This document shows, one piece after another, positions 37,666-50,844 of a stretch of 64,000 bases of DNA; the first letter of the stretch is position 1; each line of letters begins with the position of its first letter. The notes beneath the pieces are model-generated. The model was not told the DNA's origin, ran no database searches, and saw nothing but the letters and a program-made list of their open reading frames with translations. The translations under genes were made by a program, and so were the position numbers. The DNA is from Octopus vulgaris (lineage: Eukaryota). The stretch is taken from positions 52,204,001 to 52,268,000 of the forward strand of contig OX597815.1 in the NCBI GenBank assembly GCA_951406725.2. Reading direction: 5' to 3'.

Positions 37666-38039
37666 CATAAATATATATATATATATAATGAAGCATTGGC
37701 ACAAGGCAGTGTTTAGGTATGAGCAGAATTTAGGTTAGTTGAAATACTTTTGTCACATATTTCAACTGCTAGAAGGCAAATACAGTGCAGTTACCATGGA
37801 GAAAAAATTTCTCTTATGGTAAAAAGGTGTGAAAACACCCAGTTCGTTCAGTGTCACCATCTGTCAGGAATCTCAGTCATTGATGTGCAGATTCTGAGAC
37901 AGGTGAATAAAATATAAATGAGTAACAGTCCATGGATTGATACCTATACCTATACTGTTATATATATATATATATATATATATATCATTGCATCAATCGG
38001 ACTATTAGATGTGGCCATACATGATTGGTTGTAGCTTTT

Positions 38040-38250
38040 GAAGGAAACCATTCTACTAGCTAAGTGGGCAAGCCAACATTTCTCTTGAATAGTATGCCAG
38101 TCCATTGCAGGGTGTTACTCATTTGCAGCTGAGTGGACTGGAGCAACAGGAAATGAAGTGTTTTGCTCAAGAACACAATGCAATACCAGTTTGCAAATCA
38201 AAACCATCAGAACTGTGTGAATGCAACAGCCTAACCACTAGGCCATCCAC
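38040..38250 (-). mobile_element. SINE group C head with alternative body
   Basis: Reverse complement: tggcctagtggttagg..gttcttgagcaaaacacttcatt..ccctgcaatggactggc. Confidence 0.55.
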
Positions 38251-38283
38251 TTCCACTTATACACACAAACAAATATATATATA

Positions 38284-38478
38284 CTCTTTACTCTTTTACT
38301 CATTTCAGTCATTTGACTGCGGCCATGCTGGAGTTTCTGTCTACCAAATCCACTCACAAGGCTTTGGTTGGCCCGAGGCTATAGTAGAAGACACTTGCCC
38401 AAGGTGCCATACAGTGGGACTGAACCTGAAACCATGTGGTTCATAAGCAAGCTACTTACCACACAACCACTCCTATAT
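38284..38478 (-). mobile_element. SINE group A with centre deleted
   Basis: Tail fused directly to head. Confidence 0.75.
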
Positions 38479-38744
38479 GTGTATATATATATATGTGTGT
38501 GTCTGTGTATATTTGCCTGAGAAGACAACATCAAGCCTAGTGATATCATAGTGATGGCACCCACTAAACTTTTGGAGTGGTTGGCATTAGGAAGGGCATC
38601 CAACCATTGAAACCAAGCCAAACTGGACTGAAGCATTGTACAGCTCTCTGGCTTACCAGTTCCATTTAAATTGTCTAACCCATGCCAGCATGGGAAACGA
38701 ACGCTATATGATAATAACAATGATGATGATGATATATATATATA

Positions 38745-40024
38745 TTAGGTTGTCAAGAAAGTTCTTGTGGTTTTTAACCTTTAAATTCAGATGCACATAT
38801 CTCGGCGCAAACAAAACTTTACCAATTGAAATAAACACCATCAGAATCAACACACATTTGCCAATGTGAAACAAGTTTATTTATGCCAGTAGTGTAAAAA
38901 TCCTGTGTTCTGGTGACGATGAAGTCGTTGAAGGTGTGTCTGGCCTCGTCTTGGTTTTTGAAGAATTTCTCATGCAGGAAGTTGTCGAGATGCTTGAAAA
39001 AGTGGTAGTTGGTAGGCGAGAGGTCTGGTGATTATGGTGGATGAAGCAAAGTTTCATAGCCCAATTCGTTCAACTTCTGCAGGGTCTGTTGTGGGACGTG
39101 CAGCCGAGTGTTGTGGAGAAGAATTGGTCCTTTTCTATTGACCAATGCTGGCTGTTGTTGTCGGAGTTTCTTATGCCTGTCATCCATTTGCTGACAGTAC
39201 TTCTCTGCCGTAATGGTTTTGCCTGGATCCAAAAAGCTGTGATGGATGAGACTGGCTGCAGACCACCAAACAGTCACCATGGCCTTCTTTTGGTGCAACT
39301 TTGGCTTCGGTAAGTGCCTTGGAGCTTCGTTGGCATCCAACCACTGACCTGAGCATCGCCGGTTATTGTAAAGAATCCACTTTTCATCGAAAATCACAAT
39401 CCGGTCGAGAAAAGGGTTGTTCTTGTTATGTAAAAGAAGGAAAGAAGACACTTCAAAATGGCGTTCTTTTTGGTTGTCGTTCAATTCATGCGGCACCCAT
39501 TTCTCAAGTATTTTTGTTTTTCCAATCTCTTTCAAGTGGTTGGAAACTGTCGTATATGTTACTTCTAATTCAAAAGCAAGCTCTCAAACAGTTGTGCATG
39601 GATTGGCTTTGACTAAGGCACTTAGTTGACCGTTGTCAACATCTGATGGCTGACCACTATGCTTATCATGTTCAAGACTCTTGTCACTACTACGAAATTT
39701 CTTGAACCACCATTGTGCTGTCCGTTCATTAGTGGTTCCTGGGCCAAACACATTGTTGATATCGCGAGCTATTTCAGCTTTTTGGCCTAGCCTGAACTGG
39801 AATAAGAAAATTGTGCGAATTTGCTTTTTGTCCATGTTGTATTCAACATTCCAGAAAAATGGCCTCGTTATTCAAAAAAAAAAAAGAGTAACACGATTAG
39901 ATAGAGCGAAAAACGGGCTTTAAAATGATATATAAAATCAAAGTAATTTAACGAAAATTAATTTGGAAATACATAATTTAAAACCAAAATTAAAAGTTCC
40001 ACAAGAAGTTTCTTGACAACCTAA
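38745..40024 (-). mobile_element. Full-length mariner (DD34D), Hsmar1/cecropia-like, inactive
   Basis: TA-ttaggttgtcaagaaa../..tttcttgacaacctaa-TA, 1280 bp; MDKKQIRTIFLFQF, WVPHEL, IVIFDEKWILYNN, ETLLHPP*SPDLSPTNYHFFKHLDNFL. Confidence 0.92.
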
Positions 40025-40109
40025 TATATATATATATATATAAGAAGAAAATGGAGACTGGGATGTTCCATTTTTTTTATATATATAAATATTTATATAT
40101 AATAATATT

Positions 40110-40163
<54 letters not shown>

Positions 40164-40407
40164 TTACAACAACAACAACAACAATTGGTGAAGGAGATAG
40201 AGGTTAGATTCAGTATTGAATAAAGACTAGTACCAAATCTATCTCCTGTCTCCTTCATCAATTATCATTATCTCAACTAACACTGCAAAATTCCTGAAAA
40301 TGATCCAGCAGTAATATACCCCAACCATGGATGACACTAGGTAGCCCAAACTGTGAATGTGCTTTACTTAACATGCTAATCGACATATACCTATTCATCC
40401 CCAAAAT

Positions 40408-40447
<40 letters not shown>

Positions 40448-40449
<2 letters not shown>

Positions 40450-40662
40450 AATTAAGGACTGAACACGAAAAGTGGACAGTCAACATGCTAGATATAGACG
40501 TCAAATCGTCATTCTCCACAAAGATTATGTTCTCAGATCAAACTCAACACAAAACACAGTGTTGAGTTTGATCTGAGAACATAATCTTTTGTGGAGAATG
40601 ACGATTTGACGTCTATATCTAGCATGTTGACTGTCCACTTTTCGTGTTCAGTCCTTAATTGG
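40448..40662. repeat. Near-perfect palindrome, 103/104-bp arms, 8-nt loop, in (TA)n
   Basis: 40448-40550 is the reverse complement of 40559-40662 with one 1-bp indel; loop aaaacaca. Confidence 0.95.
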
Positions 40663-40757
40663 TATATATAAATATTTTAATCTTCGGATTCTTTTTTAAT
40701 ATGCTAGACCACTGGTCTTAATTGATAAATATCAATTTCTACCCTTAATTAATTTTA

Positions 40758-40794
<37 letters not shown>

Positions 40795-40800
<6 letters not shown>

Positions 40801-40955
40801 ATCATTGTGTAACGTCTGCCTTCCATGCCGGAATGGGTGGCATGGTTCAAAAGGAGCAGGCCAGACAGAATCTTGCACCAGACTTCTGTGACTGTTTTGG
40901 CAGGATTTTTACAGCTGGATGCCCTTCCTAACACCAACCACTCAGCAGAGTGGAC
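40795..40955 (-). mobile_element. RTE tail element
   Basis: cagctggatgcccttcctaacaccaaccactc. Confidence 0.65.
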
Positions 40956-40986
40956 TATATATGTATACATGTGTGTGTGTGTGTGT

Positions 40987-41022
<36 letters not shown>

Positions 41023-42305
41023 ATACTGTGGTTATGGTTATGCAATTTGTTAACAATACTTTAGATATTAGCTAGAGTACAGAAAAGCATCCTTTAGACT
41101 GAGAACATGTAATTTTTCAATGGTTAAAATTTATCCAACACTTCATAAGGGCAAAATGATAAACTATATCAAGAAATTAGCAATCATATTTTACAATTTC
41201 TTTAAGTGAGGAATTATGTAGCCTGAGATTGCTGTAACAAGGGGTGATGCCTGAATATTTAGATATATATGAATATAGATATATGTGTATGTTTGTGTGT
41301 GTGTGTGTGTGTGTAAATGTATATATATATATATATATATATTCATATGTATGTATAAACACACACACGCACACACATACATATATATTTATGCATTTAT
41401 GTATGTCTGTGTATTTAGACAGTACATTGATAGCAATACTTACATGTGGACTCCACACAGCTGTTGGTATCCAGATAACAGTGATTTCAATGAAGAAGCA
41501 TTGTTTCTCAGTTAATATCCTGTCTTTTCTTCTCGAGCAAGATTCTTAAAAATATAAATGAAAAAGATATGTTTGAAACATACTTAACATACAATTACAA
41601 CAGTTAAAATACACACACTCTTTGCTTCTCTTTGTGTGTCTCTCTCACAATGCACGCATTCACACAAGCATATATGTTCAAACATTTATTGATGTATACA
41701 CTGCTTCTATTTTTCCTTCTATTTACTTGTGTTTGAATGAAACCCAAATGTAGTGATTATATTGCCAACTTCAAAACTGATGTTTTGAAATAATAGAACT
41801 ACCTAATACTAATTTTCTTCTGATATCTTCAGATAATGCTGAAAAATGTTCAATCACGATTAATTAACAAAATATTGTGCTTCTTTATTTTTAATATTCA
41901 TTATGTTTGTAATTTATACATTCCTTAGATTTTTATAAATATTTAATTAGCATATACTGTTGAAATTCTTATTACATTTTGAAAAATTGCATATATATAT
42001 ATATGTATAGTATCTATAATCTTAAGAACTGTAGAACTCTTACATATTCATGACTAATTTTAATTAATTAACCTTGAGGCTGATAAACTTGCTTCACAAA
42101 CACTTTCCATTTTTTAGTTGATGCTGTTATCTCTGCTCTGCTACTGCTGTTGTTTAGTAATTTTGGTCAGCTATACTTGATTCAGTAAGGGAGCCTCTAC
42201 AGAGTGAACTGACTTGCTAGAGTTAGTAGTAATATCTCCTTAAAACCATACAGTACCATCTTAGAAAAGGACACCTGACTTCACTGTGTCTAAAAAAGAT
42301 GGAAA

Positions 42306-42735
42306 GGACGTAGGAGTGGCTGTGTGGTAAGTAGCTTGCTTATGAACCTCATGGTTCTGGGTTCAGTCCCACTGTGTGGCACCATGGGCAAGTATCTTCT
42401 ACTATAGCCTCGGGCCGACCAAAGACTTGTGAGTGGATTTGGTAGATGGAAACTGAATAAGCCTGTTGTATATATGTATATATACATATGTGTGTGTGTG
42501 TGTATGTGTGTGTGTGTGTGTGTGTGTGTTTGTGTTTGTCCACCCCAACATCGCTTGACAACCAATGCTGGTGTGTTTACTTCCCCGTAACTTAGCGGTT
42601 CGGCAAAAGAGAGTGATAGAATAAGCACTAGGCTTACAAAGAATAAGTCCTGGGGTTGATTTGCTCGACTAAAGGTGGTGCTCAAGCATGGCCACAGTCA
42701 AATGACTGAAACAAGTAAAAGAGAGTAAAAAAGAG
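42306..42735 (+). mobile_element. SINE group A, full length
   Basis: Box A tggctgtgtggt, box B ggttcagtccc, (GT)n, body, tail. Confidence 0.9.
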
Positions 42736-42984
42736 AGAGAGAGAGATGAAATGACTTTATACGTTTCCTGAATCTAGGTTTTGACAACAACAAGATTAAT
42801 GCAGTTTCCTATTTTAATGATAGCAGAGAGTTTATTCAGATAAATTTGATGGCTGTCAATGTTCTTGAAATTAAATAGAGTTAACTATTGTCACCTCAAA
42901 GGATATTACTTGTCAATATTTTATATTTATTTTTTGATTCCACTGCACATTGCTATTAGTGTTTATATTACTTATGGCTATAAG

Positions 42985-43198
42985 ATGGTGAGCTGGCAGA
43001 ATGAGTATCACACTAGGCAAAATGGTTAGTGGCATTTTGTCTAGCTTTGCATTCTAAGCTCAAGTTCCACCGAGGTTGACTTTTTCTTTCATCCTTTTGT
43101 GGTCGATAAAATAAGTACCAGTTGAGCACTGGTGTCAATGTAATTGACTAACCACCTCCCTGAAATTGCTGGCCTTGTGCCAAAATTTGAAATCAATA
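42985..43198 (+). mobile_element. SINE group B, full length
   Basis: Flanked by the TSD-like atattacttatggcta / atattactttgggta. Confidence 0.8.
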
Positions 43199-43334
43199 TT
43201 ACTTTGGGTAATGTAAAAGCAAAAAGATTGACACTTCTATTGAGAACATGCAGACTTGTGTAATTCCCAGCAAACCTATCTACTCTACAATCTTCACTTC
43301 ATCTTGATACATCTTACAGTAGACAAGTAATAAT

Positions 43335-43545
43335 TCTTTCTACTCTAATCACTGGGTTTGGAATTTTAGTGGAGGAGGCTAGTTAATTACATCAACTCCA
43401 GTGTTCAACTTGTACTTATTTTACTAACCCTGAAAGAATGAAAGGCAAGGTTGACTTCATTGGAATTTGAACTCAGGACATAAAGCCAAAAGAAATGCCT
43501 CTCAGCTGTTTGTATTGGCATGCTAACAATTCTGCTAGCTTGTCA
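43335..43545 (-). mobile_element. SINE group B
   Basis: Reverse complement of the B core. Confidence 0.65.
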
Positions 43546-43688
43546 CTTTTGATGGGTAATAATAAACCCAATTTTGGTGGATCTTGCATCATTTAACTCT
43601 TTATGGAATGGGGCTATAAGCAAGCTGGTCTGTCTGAATCAGAACTGAACTATTCTAAAAGTTTGAGTGAGGTAATGAATATATATAT

Positions 43689-43770
<82 letters not shown>

Positions 43771-43773
<3 letters not shown>

Positions 43774-43828
43774 TGCCCCAGCATGGCCACAGCTCATTAG
43801 CTGAAACTGGAAAAATCAAATCAAAATC
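43771..43828 (+). mobile_element. Short SINE/LINE tail variant in (TA)n
   Basis: Near-identical to 30560-30615. Confidence 0.7.
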
Positions 43829-43892
43829 ATATATATATATTGCTTCTGATATTTATAACCAGGAGCCCTTTGTGTGATTCTTCTCTTTTTTT

Positions 43893-44075
43893 TCTTTTAT
43901 TTGTTTCAGTCATTTGACCGTGGCCATGCTGGAGCACCACCTTTAGTCAAATAAATAGACGCCAGGACTTACCCTTTGTAAGCCTAGTAATTATTTTATC
44001 AGTCTCTTTTTGCCAAAAACACACAAACATCAGTTGTCAAGCGATGGTGGGGGACAAACACAGACACACAAACAT

Positions 44076-44138
<63 letters not shown>

Positions 44139-44188
44139 CATGCATACATATTCATTCATTTAGCGTCCGTTTTCCATGCTAGCATGGG

Positions 44189-44244
<56 letters not shown>

Positions 44245-44247
44245 ATA

Positions 44248-44310
<63 letters not shown>

Positions 44311-44484
44311 ATTATATATATGATGGACTTCCTTCAGTTTCTGTCTGCCAAATCCATTCACAAGGCTTTGGTCAGTCCATGGCTATAGTAGAAAACACTT
44401 GCCAAAGGTGCCATGCAGTGGAACTGAACCTGGAACCATGTGGTTGGTAAGCAAGCTACTTACCACATAGCTACTTCTGCGCCT
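43893..44484 (-). mobile_element. SINE group A with expanded internal TA tract
   Basis: Tail at 43893, head at 44320-44484. Confidence 0.8.
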
Positions 44485-44701
44485 ATGATGGCTCAACTTT
44501 CTAAATTTAGCTGCCAAATCTTTCTCTAATCATACTCTACTATTTTAAAAAAGTAAAAAATACATTGGGTAAATTAATGTAACATTTTACTAGAATGCTA
44601 GGATGGCCTGATGTGCAGCACAGCATGTCAGGCTATCCTTAGTTCAGTGACATATCAGTTTTTTTTTTTTTATGAAAAGAGGTTGTTGCACCATCACTCA
44701 A

Positions 44702-44777
<76 letters not shown>

Positions 44778-45669
44778 CGACAGTGGTTGTATTAATACTG
44801 AGAGGTAATACTTATCTCCACTTAAATGTGAATGTTCTGCTGGAACAAACTATAGTTCTAACAGATACCATGAGAGAGATTCTCTTATTGGCTGCACTCT
44901 TGTAAAGGGCATTTTGCACCAAAGCTAATATGAAACTTTCTCTCATGGTATCTGCCGCAGTATTGCTTGTTCTAACAGAACATTCATGTTTAAGTGGGGA
45001 TAAATATTATCACTCCATCTATCTTCATTTCTGGGAGAAGGGATACTGTGACTGGTCTATCACTACTTTTCTCATTGTGTACTATAGCCATTTTCAAAGA
45101 GAAAGAAAGAGAAAGAAAGTGAGAGAGATGAAGAGAAAGAAAGAAGTACAGGGGAGGAAGAGAGAGAGAGGGGGAAAGAAATAGAGAGAAAGTGGAAGGG
45201 AGAGAGAATCAAACTCAGTGAACGAATATTTTATCAATTCGAGAAGGATGAAAGGCAAAGGTGACCTCCCGAGGATTTGCATTCAGAGCTCAGAGAGTGA
45301 TAACAAGTATCACAAAGTATTCTATCTGATGCTGTTATGATTCTGCCACATCATCCCCTGTAGTCCTAGATACACTTGTCTGAATTGTCTGAAAAAAAAA
45401 AAGGAAAATAAAGAGTAGATGCAAGATAATTACTGAAATACCTTTGATAACTTGGTTTGCTTGATTAGGGACTAAGCAACAACACAAGACCTGAATGTTG
45501 GATTTTGCCATAATTTTCACCTGCTTACACATGCACACGCACACACGTGCGCAAATACACACACACATAAAAGTGCAGACTCTCTCAAACATACTCATAC
45601 ACATACACATACTTGCATGCACACACACACACACATATGTATATGTGTTTTTATAGATAAAGAAGTGGG

Positions 45670-45704
45670 GATAGATAGATAGGTAGATAGACAAACAGAC
45701 AGAT

Positions 45705-45772
<68 letters not shown>
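45670..45772. repeat. (GATA)n microsatellite
   Basis: Directly visible; also at 25505-25552 and 30820-30878. Confidence 0.95.
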
Positions 45773-46119
45773 GCAATGGAGAAGTTTTAAACATTAAAAT
45801 ATTAAAAAACAATAAAACTTTGATTGAGAAAGCACTCATTACACGTTTGTGTTAGAGATTTATTTTATAAATATTGACAGTTGTTTGAAAAGGTCTCTTA
45901 AACTGTCAGAAAACCTGTTTCTGGTGAAACATTGGAGTCACTGTCACCTTTTTAAAAAATAAATATGTGTGCATATATCTCTCTCACCCTCTATTTCACT
46001 GTCTGTTGTTCTCTCTTTCTCTCTCCCCTTCTCTCTCTCTCTACCTCTCTCTCTCTCTCTCTATTTCTCCATCTATCCATCCTTCCATACTTCAAGATAC
46101 ATATGAATAAGGATATCTT

Positions 46120-46465
46120 CATCATTTAATGTCAATTTTCCATGCTGGTATGGGTTCAATGGTTTTATAGGAGCCGGCAGTGCCACCTGACTGGTCCCAT
46201 GCCAGTGGCATGTAAAAGGCACCATTCAAGCATGGTTGATGTCAGTACTGCCTGACTGGTCGTCATATCTATCACTTTACAGAGGGTACTGGATGCTTTT
46301 TATGTGACACCAGCACTGGTGAGGTCATCAAGTAATATGCAAGACAAAGACCCCCTCAACTAAGAGAGAAGTGGCTTTGCATCAGGTGATAAGAGGCTAA
46401 AGAATGATAGAGGGGGCAGAACCAAGTGTCTTGCAGTAGGAGAGATATATGGTTGCCCCAGTCAG
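46120..46465 (-). mobile_element. Decayed RTE-tail-related element
   Basis: catcatttaatgtc..ttccatgctggtatggg; similar to 1018-1420 and 54825-55140. Confidence 0.5.
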
Positions 46466-46774
46466 AGGGGATAGATAGAGCTAGATAGAGAGAGAGAGAG
46501 ACAGACGGAGAGGATGGTGGTGAAGATATGCCAGGGTGTGTTCTCAAGGCACAGGGAGGTGAATGTAAATGGAGTGATACAGAGGACTGGACAAAGTGAG
46601 TGAGCATGGAGTTCACAAGAGCATAAAAGTTGAGTAGATAGTGGGGAGAGGAAGGAGAATGCATTGAGTGATGAACACAGGGGAGTGGCAGGATAGCAAT
46701 GTTATACTTACTTGGCAAGGAGAACAGGATATATATATATAAATATATATGCCAGCATGGAAGGCAGATGTTAA

Positions 46775-47645
46775 ATGGTACTTTTTACATGCCACCAGCA
46801 TAGGTGCTAATCAGGCAGTACTGTCATCAGCCACAACAATGACTTCACTTGACTCAACAGGTCTTTGCAAGTGCAGTTTATTGCCCAATGATTGAAGGGT
46901 ACAGTTATGCTGCACAATGATTAAATGGGCTGGTTATGCTGCACTAGCATAGGCCATGGTTACAGTCTCACTTGGCTTGCTGGGTCTTCTCAAGCACAGC
47001 ATATCTCCAAAGGTCTCGGTCACTTGTCATTGCCTCAGTGAGGCCCAATGTTTGAAGGTTGTGTTTTAGTACCTCATCCCATGTCTTCCTGGGTCTACCT
47101 CTTCCACGAGTTTCCTCTACTGCTATGGTGTGATACTTTTTCTTCAGCTGTCCTCATCCATATGCTACACATGACCATACCAGCACAGTTGTCTCTCTTG
47201 TACACCACATCTGATGCTTCTTATGTCCAACTTTTCTTTCAGGGTGCTTACACTCTGTCGTGTATGCACATTGACATTACGCTCTAGCAGAGCATACTAG
47301 CTTCATTTCTTGCAAGTTTACGCATGTCCTCAGCAGCCATAGCCCATGTTTCACTGCCATGTAGCATGGCTGTTCACACACCTGCATCATACAGTCTACC
47401 TGTTACTCTGAGCGAGAGGACCTTTGTAACAAGCAGAGGTAGGAGCTCTCTGAACTTTGCCTAGGCTATTCTTATTCTAGCAGCTACACTCTCAGAGTAT
47501 CCACCCCCGCTACTGACTTGGTCCCCTAGGTAACGTAAGCTATCAACTACTTCTAGTTTTTGTTTTCCCCATAGTATGTGATGGAAGTTGTTTTCAGCAC
47601 ATTTTCAGTGTTTGTTGCCCCTGAGAATTCGCTACACACAAAAAC
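46775..47645 (-). mobile_element. RTE LINE 3' part
   Basis: Reverse-complement homology to 12370-13020 (EVVDSLRYLGDQ, WAKFRELLPLL-like, LYDAGV). Confidence 0.85.
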
Positions 47646-47754
47646 TATATATATGTATACATATATGTATATATATATATGTATACATACATATATATAT
47701 ATGTCTTCTACATGTCTTCACAAGCAAAATGGGTCTTGCCCCAACATGACCCCC

Positions 47755-48129
47755 TTTGCTTGTGTCGTGGCCGTGGCACATAAAATACTCCAATGCGACC
47801 GTACGACAGGCAGTGGTACGTAAAAAGCACTATCCGACTCGTGGCCGATGCCAGCACCGCCTCGACTGGCTTCCGTGCCGGTGGCACATAAAATACACCA
47901 ATCTGACCGTGGCCGTTGCCAGCCCCGCCTGGCACCTGTGGAGGTGGCACGTAAAAAGCACCCACTACACTCACGGAGTGGTTGGCGTTAGGAAGGGCAT
48001 CCAGCTGTAGAAACATTGCCAGATTAGACTGGAGCCTGGTGCAGCCTTCTGGCGTCCCAGAACCCCGGGCGAACCGTCCAACCCATGCTAGCTTGGAGAA
48101 CGGACGTTAAACGACGATGATGATGATGA

Positions 48130-48133
<4 letters not shown>
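47755..48133 (+). mobile_element. CpG-rich (probably young) RTE 3' UTR/tail element
   Basis: Tandem units, then gagtggttggcgttaggaagggcatccagc..aacggacgttaaacgacgat(GAT)n. Confidence 0.85.
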
Positions 48134-48166
<33 letters not shown>

Positions 48167-48247
48167 TATGTGTGTTTGTTTGTGTGTTTGTATGTATGTA
48201 TATATATGTATGCATGTATAATTGTGACCTTCCTGTCATGCGAAAGA

Positions 48248-48420
48248 ACGTGGCTTAGTGGTTAGGGTATTGGTCTTATGATTGTAAGATTGTGGTTTCA
48301 ATTCCCGGACTTCATTTCATGTTGCTCCACTGCACTCCACTCAGCTGGCAAATATGAGTAATCCACCGGAAGACCAGCCCTTATGAGCCAATATGACTTG
48401 AAAAGGTAACTTTACCTTTC
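48248..48420 (+). mobile_element. SINE group C, short body
   Basis: gtggcttagtggttagggtatt..ggtttcaattccc. Confidence 0.6.
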
Positions 48421-48439
48421 TCTCATAGATGACAGATGA

Positions 48440-48690
48440 GGGTTCCGCAATCTCTTGTTGAACAACCTGCACAGATGATTTTTTTAGTAGTGATCAAATG
48501 TTTGTGCAGTACATTGTCTGTACAGGTGCACAGTTTTCTGCATATGAGATGTCAGATGTTGAAGTGATTGTAGAGCAATGTGAGATGAAGTACTTTTGCT
48601 TAAGAACATGACACACCACTTGGTCTGGGAATTGAAACCACAATCTCATAATTATGAGTACAAAACCCTAACCACTAGACCAAACACCTT
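48440..48690 (-). mobile_element. SINE group C head, alternative body
   Basis: Reverse complement: tggtctagtggttaggg..ggtttcaattccc..gttcttaagcaaaag. Confidence 0.6.
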
Positions 48691-50844
48691 CACACATGCA
48701 CATACATACGCATGCATGCACACACATGCATGTACACATACAAACATATAAACACATGCACACACATGCAAGCACACACATGCATGCACACACATACATG
48801 CATGCGGGCACAAACACACAGAGACCCCCCAACACACACACACATAAACACCTCTCTCTCTCTGGCACTTTTTCTTCTGATTTGGTTGATAATTTTCTTA
48901 CCAGCCCTGTAGTATTATACAGACCAGTTGAAGAGAGAGAAGTTAATTAATTTGTATTATGAATTTTTAATTGTTTTAGATACTCAAACACAGTAAATTG
49001 CAAATATTACTTAATTAATAAAATAATTCATCTTACAGTTAATTAAAAAAAAATTATATTTTCCAAAAAGAATAAAATAAAATAAAATAAATAAATTGAC
49101 GGCTGATTATATATTTACCAATTCTTCAATTTTGATTTCACCTTCAGTAATTTTGTATATGTTTCAGGATAGATTAATTAGATTTATCAAACATGGTTTA
49201 TGAAACATTCTTTTCATATCCAGAGATTATGTAGAAAAACTGATTGAAGATTGATCAGATAGCTCAAACTTTTAAGGAAAAGTAAAGAAAAAAATATTAT
49301 AATCTGTTTTTGATGCCAATCAGCCTGATACTTCCTGATACTGCCTCTGGTTCTATACCATAAAACCTATCATTTTAAAATGCTCGTTTTAAATTAAAAC
49401 CTTTCATTATATTTTCGTGTAAGATACATAATGATGAAAAATGTTCATATTTGAATTAAAGCCTTTCATTATAATTTCATGTAAGATTCATAAAAATGTA
49501 AAAAGTCGATTATTTTCCAGAATCTCCTCCAAATTCTTGCTCATTTAAAAATTTAATTGAAACACACAGGCTTTGTATTTCATTAAAAATATAGTCACAA
49601 AATAGTTAATCTTTCTCCTCTAGGTCTCCTGTTTTATTGATCTCTTTAAATACAAACCTGAACTGAACAAATGTTCCCTTTAATAGTTTTACATTAAAAA
49701 GACAAAAATAAGCAATGAGTTGACTGAAAAGAGCAAAAGTCAAGCACCTAACTAAATGCTTTTTAACATTTCCTCCAATGGTTGATCATGACCAGGACTG
49801 ATTGTGTGTTTTATTCTTGTGAAGTAGCTAAAACAATGAGGTATTTGTTATTGTTCACCAGAGGTTACACAGGTGTAAGATCAAAGATGTTCCTACTTAT
49901 TCACCGAATACCTTTTTTTTTCTTTGTGATTTCAGAGAGATTTAATTGCTATTTCTAGTAGGCTGGGTAACCATTTAGAAGCTTCCTCACTATTTTGACA
50001 AGAGTTGGTAATAAATTTAGATCAATTTAAGACCTCTATCCCTCTTTACTGTGAAAATTTAACCTTGTACCTTGTCAAAAGAAATCAATAATTTACAATC
50101 AATTATGGAAAGATTTATGTGACATTCTGTGCTTTAAAATCCGCAACAATTACAATTTGAATTTAATAATTTGTATGTGGCAAATGCTAAAGAGCAAGAG
50201 GTGAGCTCCTAGCAAAATGAGCTGTCTAAGCCAGTTTTGATTCCCAGTTAAAGAGCTCTTTCTCTTATACTACTAATGGCCTTTAGAAAATCTGTAAATC
50301 ACAATACCTCATTACATTGTTGAAAATACAGGGCTTTTGTGTGAATGTTTAACAACTACATAAAGAGGATATCTGCTTTGTATTTCTTTATGCAATGCAT
50401 TTTTTTTATGAGATTATTTGTAAAAAAAAAATATATATTGATTTCTTATAGACAAATATTCAAAATGGAGATGAAAACAATTGAATAACTGCAGTATGCT
50501 GTTTCTATTGATTTTAATCATCTCCCAGAGGGAACGAAAACAAAATCAACTTTGACGGGGTTTGAACTCAGAATGTGTGAGAAGGGAACTAAAATCTACA
50601 AAGAAATTAAGTTAACACTTAATTTCTTTTTTTTTCTTTTTTCTTTTTGGCTCAATCGTTAGTCCATTATGTGTGAATGATATTAGTTTTCTATCAGCTT
50701 ATAAATTTATGGAAGCAATATAGTAGCAGTCGAATACTTTATGGTTTCTTCATCTTCCAAAATTTTGCATTCAGCTTCTCAAGTTGATTTTGTCTTTCAC
50801 CCTTCTTCTCACAGTTATAGCAAGTACTTGTAATAATACATTCA

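Noticed and set aside
39032-39835. SETMAR-like host gene
   Set aside because: TIR-bounded, disrupted ORF with no SET domain; an ordinary mariner copy.
42306-42380. tRNA genes at SINE heads
   Set aside because: A/B boxes are present but there is no full cloverleaf, and they continue into SINE bodies.
47755-47965. Repeat-spacer-like array resembling CRISPR
   Set aside because: Units are homologous throughout, lie in an RTE 3' UTR, and there are no cas genes in this eukaryotic context.
49388-49499. ~50-60 bp imperfect tandem duplication
   Set aside because: AT-rich and probably within an old MITE; nothing further supportable.
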